From NCBI RefSeq assembly GCF_009914755.1, contig NC_060926.1: a stretch of DNA of 64,000 nucleotides. The stretch is one strand, 5' to 3'. Shown here in pieces: positions 55,564 through 64,000 of this stretch. Both the position numbers and the translations under genes were made by a program. This stretch comes from the human T2T-CHM13v2.0 reference genome, Homo sapiens. Positions within the stretch are counted from its first letter, which is position 1; each line of letters starts with the position of its first letter. The notes beneath the pieces were generated by a model. That model did no database searches and had not been told where the DNA came from. It saw only the letters and a program-made list of their open reading frames with translations.

Positions 55564-57552
55564 TCGTATATTTTTAAAAACAGGATTTGTCCCTAAGTAG
55601 TACATATTTTTTGGTGCTGTTGTAATTGGTATTTTTAAAAATTGTCAGTTTCTGGTTGTTCTTTAATAGTGTATAAAAATACAGTTTTTTATACTGATCT
55701 TATATCCTGCAACTTTACTAAATTCACTAAATTTTAACTTTTTTTTTGTAGATCTCATTGGATTTTTTACATAGATGACTATGTTGTGTGTGAATAAAGA
55801 CAGTTTTCTTTCTTTCTTTCCAATCTGTTTGCCTTTTTTTCTTTTTCTTACCTGATTGTACTGGCCAGATAATGTTGAAAAGAAGCGAGACTTGTTTCTG
55901 ATTTAGGAGAGATGTGTTCAGTCCTTTAACTATTAAGTATTTGTTAACTATAGGTGTTTTTTGTAGATGCCCTTTATCAAGTTGAAGAAGTCCCTTTCTT
56001 GTGTTAGTTTATAGAGTTTGAATTAGGAATGGATGTTGGATTTGTGAAAAAAATGTTATTTTGTGTCTTATAGTTGAGGTTAAGTTGAAGTAATTTATTT
56101 GAGTTCAGTCTTATTTTCTAAAGTAGAAAATCAGTGCTGATTTTTTCCCAATTGTTGCTTTAGTGACATGCCACCAATTTTGATATGTTTATTTTCATTA
56201 ATTTGAAAATATTTTCTACTTCTTTGATTTTTTCTTTGATCTATGGTTTACTCACCATGTATATATGTTTTTAGTTCCCAATTATTTTGGGATTTTTCCA
56301 GATATCTTTCTGTCATTGATTTCTATATTAATTTTGTTGTGTTCAGAAAACATACTTTATATGACTTGAATCCTTTCAAATTTATTACTACTTGTTTTAT
56401 GGCCCACAGTACAGCCTATTTTTAAAATGTTCCATGTGCACTTGCAAAGAATGTGTTTTCCTGCTGCTGTTTGGTGAAGTAGTCTTTAAATGTCTGTTAG
56501 GTCAGATTGACTTATAATGTAATTCAGGTCTCTTATATTTTTTATTTTCTGTCTACTTGTTCTGTCAGTTATTGAAGGGGGGTATTAAAACCTCCAACAG
56601 TAATTGTAGATTTGTATATTTCTTCTGCAGTTCTATTTTTGCTTGGTGTATTTTAAAGCTCGGTTATTAGGAGGATAAATGTTCAGGATTGTTATGGCTT
56701 CTCGATTAACTGACCCTTTTGTCGTTATGAAATGACCTCCTTTATGTGTGATAACATGCTTTGCTCTGAAATCTGCTTTTTCTGATACTAAAATAGCTAT
56801 TGGAGTTTTCTTAGCATGGTATATCTTTTTGCTTTTTCCATTATTTTACTCTTAATTAGTTTGTATCTTTATATTTAGAATGTTTTTCTTATAGGCAGCA
56901 TATAATTGGTTCTTTTCTTTTTATCTAAGTTGACAATCACTACCTTTTCATTGAGGTGTTTAGATCATTTACCTTCAGTGTGATTTATTGTGGTTTAGTT
57001 TAAATCTGTCATCTTGCTATTCATTTTCTGTATTTCCCATCTGTTTTTGTTCTTCTTTCCCTCTTTTACTGCCTTTTTGGGATTTTTTTTTAAATGATAT
57101 GCTTTATCTCTTTAGTTTCTTTAGTAGTTTTAAGTTTTTGTTTTGTTTTAGGATTTGAAGTATACATCTTTAACTTGTGTCAGCTACCTTTGAGTGATAT
57201 TGTAATACTTTGCAGTATCATTTAAAAAATTTAAATAATATGAAAGCATCTTGTGTATTTACCCATCTAGTTAACCTTTCCTATACCCTTAATTTTGTCT
57301 GATGTTATTTGCCTTCTGCTTGAAGGACTTCTTTTAACATGACTTTAGTGTGGGTCTGCTGTTGGCAAATTCTAATTTTGTCTGAAGAAGTCTTTATTTC
57401 ACCTTTGTTTTTAAAAAAGATATTTGAAGTGAGTATATAATTGTAGATTGATATTCTTTCAGCAGTACAAAGATGTTGCTCCACTGTTACCTACTTTATT
57501 GCTTTTCATGAGAAATCTGATATTATCTTTGTCTTTGTTTCTGTGTATGTAA

Positions 57553-57876
<324 letters not shown>

Positions 57877-57997
57877 TAGGTTGCAGACTTTACGACACTT
57901 AACTTAAATACATCAGCACCATCTCCTAAAGACAGAAGAATAGTGTTCTTCTTTATAACTATAATACCATTATCATGTCTAAGAAAATCAGTAGTAA

Positions 57998-58335
<338 letters not shown>

Positions 58336-59235
58336 TGAGCAATTTGATTGTCATGGACCTTGGTGTAGTTTTTCTCTGTGTTTCTTTTGTTGAGGATTCG
58401 TTAAGCTTTTTTGATTTGTGGCTTTATAGTTTTCATCAAATTTTGAAAAACTTTGTCCATTATTTCTTCAACTATCCAATAAACCCCCCTCCCCGCTGAC
58501 CTTTAGGGACTCTATTTACTCACTTATTAGGCTCTTTGAAGTTCCACAGCTCACTGCTACTCTTCTCATTTTTTTCTTTTAGTTCCTGTTGCTATGTCTT
58601 GAAGTTCACTACTGTTTTATTTTGCTATGTCTTTTCTGCTCTTAATCCCATTAAATATATTTTTAATCTCAGACATTATATTTTTCATCTCCAGATGTTT
58701 AATTTGGGCCTTTTTATATCTTGCATGTCTCTACTTTTTGAACATATAGAATACAGTTATAATAACTGTTTTAATGTTCTTGTCAGCTGTGTCTAACGTC
58801 TGTGTTAGTTCTGGATTGGTTTTGATTATTCACCCCATAATGATTATGGGGTGTTTTCCCGCTTCTTTGTAGCTTGGTAATTTTTATTTTTATTTTATAT
58901 ATATTTTATTTTTATTTTTAATTTTATATTTTTAATTTTGAATGGTAATTTTTGATTAGATGGTAGCCATTGTGAATTTCGATGTTTTTCAGTTCTACAA
59001 ATATTCTTCAGCTTTTCTCCTGGGATGCACTTATGTGGAAACAGTTGATCCTCTAGTTCTTGCTTTTATGATCTTTTGCTTTTTTCAGTCTGAGACTAAT
59101 TACTTTCCACTACTGTGGTATGACATTGTTGGATATCCTACCTAATACTCTGTGAATTAATAGTTTTCTCAGTTGGACTAGTGGAAACAGGTACTGTTTC
59201 TGGCCCTCTGTGAGTGCTGGCACTATTCTCTAATC

Positions 59236-59420
59236 TACTGGTGTCCAGCCCTTTGAATGTGAGGACTTTTTTGGTGGCAGATATCATGAAAATTATGCAT
59301 AGACCTTTTTTTTTTTAAGCTCATCAGCTGTTGTTAGTATTAGTGTATTTTATGGGTGGCCCAAGACAATTCTTCTTCTTTCAGCGTGGCCCAGGGAAGC
59401 CAAAAGGCTGGACACCCGTG
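59236..59420 (-). mobile_element. MER30-family hAT MITE
   Basis: TIR core ggtgtccagcc / ggctggacacc; 8-bp TSD ctctaatc / ctgtaatc; internal agctcatcagct...ggcccaagacaattcttctt. Confidence 0.88.
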
Positions 59421-59760
59421 CTGTAATCCATCTGGAGTATATCTTCCTCTGGTCTTTGGTATTTCACTCACTTGCATTTACTTTTCAGTACTCTGCTGAA
59501 GACCTGAGGGGCACACTCTGCAGATCTCCAGGCACCTCTCTTTGTGCTGCTTTTTTCTGTACTTTTTCCTGTGAACTCTAAATGCCTTGATTGCCTTGAC
59601 TGAGCTCTATGCTCAATCTCAACTCAGTGTTTGCCAAGTTGTGCCTGGATTCTGTTTCTGTGGAGCGCTAAACTAGGGTCAAGTCACAGTGCTCATCACC
59701 TGTGTTTACTTTCTCATAGGATCACCGTCCTTCCTGACTGCAAGTTCAGTGTTTGAAAAC

Positions 59761-59902
59761 TTTTTTTTTTTCTTTTTTAAAATACAAGGATGGAGTCTCG
59801 CTATGTTGCCCAGGTTGGTCTTGAGCTCCTGGCATCAAGTGATCTTCCTGCCTCAGCCTCCTAAAGTGTTAGGATTACAGGTGTGAGCCACCATGCCTGG
59901 CC
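59761..59902 (-). mobile_element. FLAM_C-type Alu monomer
   Basis: T tail plus a single arm, gtctcgctatgttgcccagg...gagccaccatgcctggcc. Confidence 0.85.
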
Positions 59903-60347
59903 TGTTTCTTCTATTTTTCTGTGTTTTAGTCTTATTGGGTGGGAGGGTAAATCCTAGCTCCTTTAACTTCAGTTTGGGTAGAGGGGGAAGTTCCTGCTCT
60001 GCTTTTTATTTTTTTCATCACACTTCTAATTATTCTGTATAATTTAATTATGATTCTTAATTTCAGTTTCCTTTACTATTTCTCCTGTTTTTTTTTTTAG
60101 CAGCATATACATTTTTCTCAATATTGCTCTATAATATAAGCACCATAATTTAGGGAATTTTTAAGGAATATATCTGAAGGTCAGCTTGTAGTCAGTAAAT
60201 ATTTGTTGTTTCAGTATTGAATTGGAACACAAGTGAGATAAAGCTTTTATTCCCCTAGAGCTTCATGGCACATGGTAAATAAACACAGTTATTTTTATCT
60301 AGCGTCATATGGGGCAGAGATGTTATTTTATTAAAAAAGAAATCTTG

Positions 60348-60492
60348 AGTCAGACATGGTGGCTTATGACTATAATTCCAGCACTTTGGGAGGCCAAAGC
60401 AGGAGGAATGCTTGAGCCCAGGATTGGAGGCTGCAATGAGCCATGATTGTGCCATTATACTCCAGTTTGGGAGACAGAGTGAGACCCTTTCT
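60348..60492 (+). mobile_element. Monomeric Alu (FRAM-like or left/right-arm recombinant)
   Basis: Left-arm-like start (ccagcactttgggaggcc) runs directly into a right-arm end (ggaggctgcaatgagcc...gacagagtgagaccc); no A tail. Confidence 0.8.
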
Positions 60493-61059
60493 TGGGGAAC
60501 GTGGTGGGTGAATATTTGATTAATTGTATGAGTAAATCTGTGGACCTTTCTTCAGCAAATTTTTCTTACCAGCTAATGGCATTAACAGAGACACAGACCT
60601 TATAGGAGAAAGCGGCTAAATGTATATGATCTTAGATACCATTTATTAAGCACTTACTATGCACCAGCAGTTGTTTCTCACTAAATTTGCATATTGTGGT
60701 ATACTGCGGTATGCAAATTTTCTAGCAACAGTAAATGACAAATTTCAAACCCAGGGATTTTTGTTTGTTTTCTTAAACTTTTTGGCAAGAAAAAACCCAG
60801 GTTTTCAACCATTACACTTTCTTCACTTATTTAGTAGGAAGTTAGTAAGATTTTAAATGAAGTAAATTTAAATTGGTGTGGTAGAGCTCATTCAGCATGG
60901 GGAACATCTGGTTTTTTTGGTATCTGTATCTTTTGCTTTACACAATTCCTGGTATATAGTACCTGCTTGTAATTGGAGAAGATAATGAAGTAACCTACCT
61001 GACAAAAGAAACAAATTAATCGTATATATAATATTGGATATACTGATAGAAATAAAGTG

Positions 61060-64000
<2,941 letters not shown>

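Overview
Primate (human-like) genomic DNA from inside AGPS (peroxisomal alkyl-DHAP synthase), + strand. Seven internal coding exons (by my recall exons 2-8; 90, 91, 121, 75, 72, 80 and 81 nt) splice through GT-AG introns into one open frame (...[16 protein letters not shown]...[17 protein letters not shown]...[12 protein letters not shown]). The rest is intronic and dominated by transposable elements: an antisense, L1-mobilised and heavily deleted HERV-W copy (13.5-17.4 kb), a full-length old antisense L1PA (28.2-35.1 kb), a MER11 solo LTR with a perfect 6-bp TSD, two MST LTRs, about 20 Alu/FLAM copies, DNA transposon relics, old L1M/L2/MIR, and a sense L1PA running off the right edge. Almost all ORFs in the supplied track are repeat-derived or chance. 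I found no new multi-gene system. The most unusual structures are a 60-bp-arm fold-back hairpin in intron 5, a two-Alu-plus-spacer cassette sharing one TSD, an orphan polyadenylated insert inside the L1, the microhomology-stitched HERV-W mosaic, and an inverted double-octamer palindrome. Repeat subfamily names come from recalled consensus features, not database searches.
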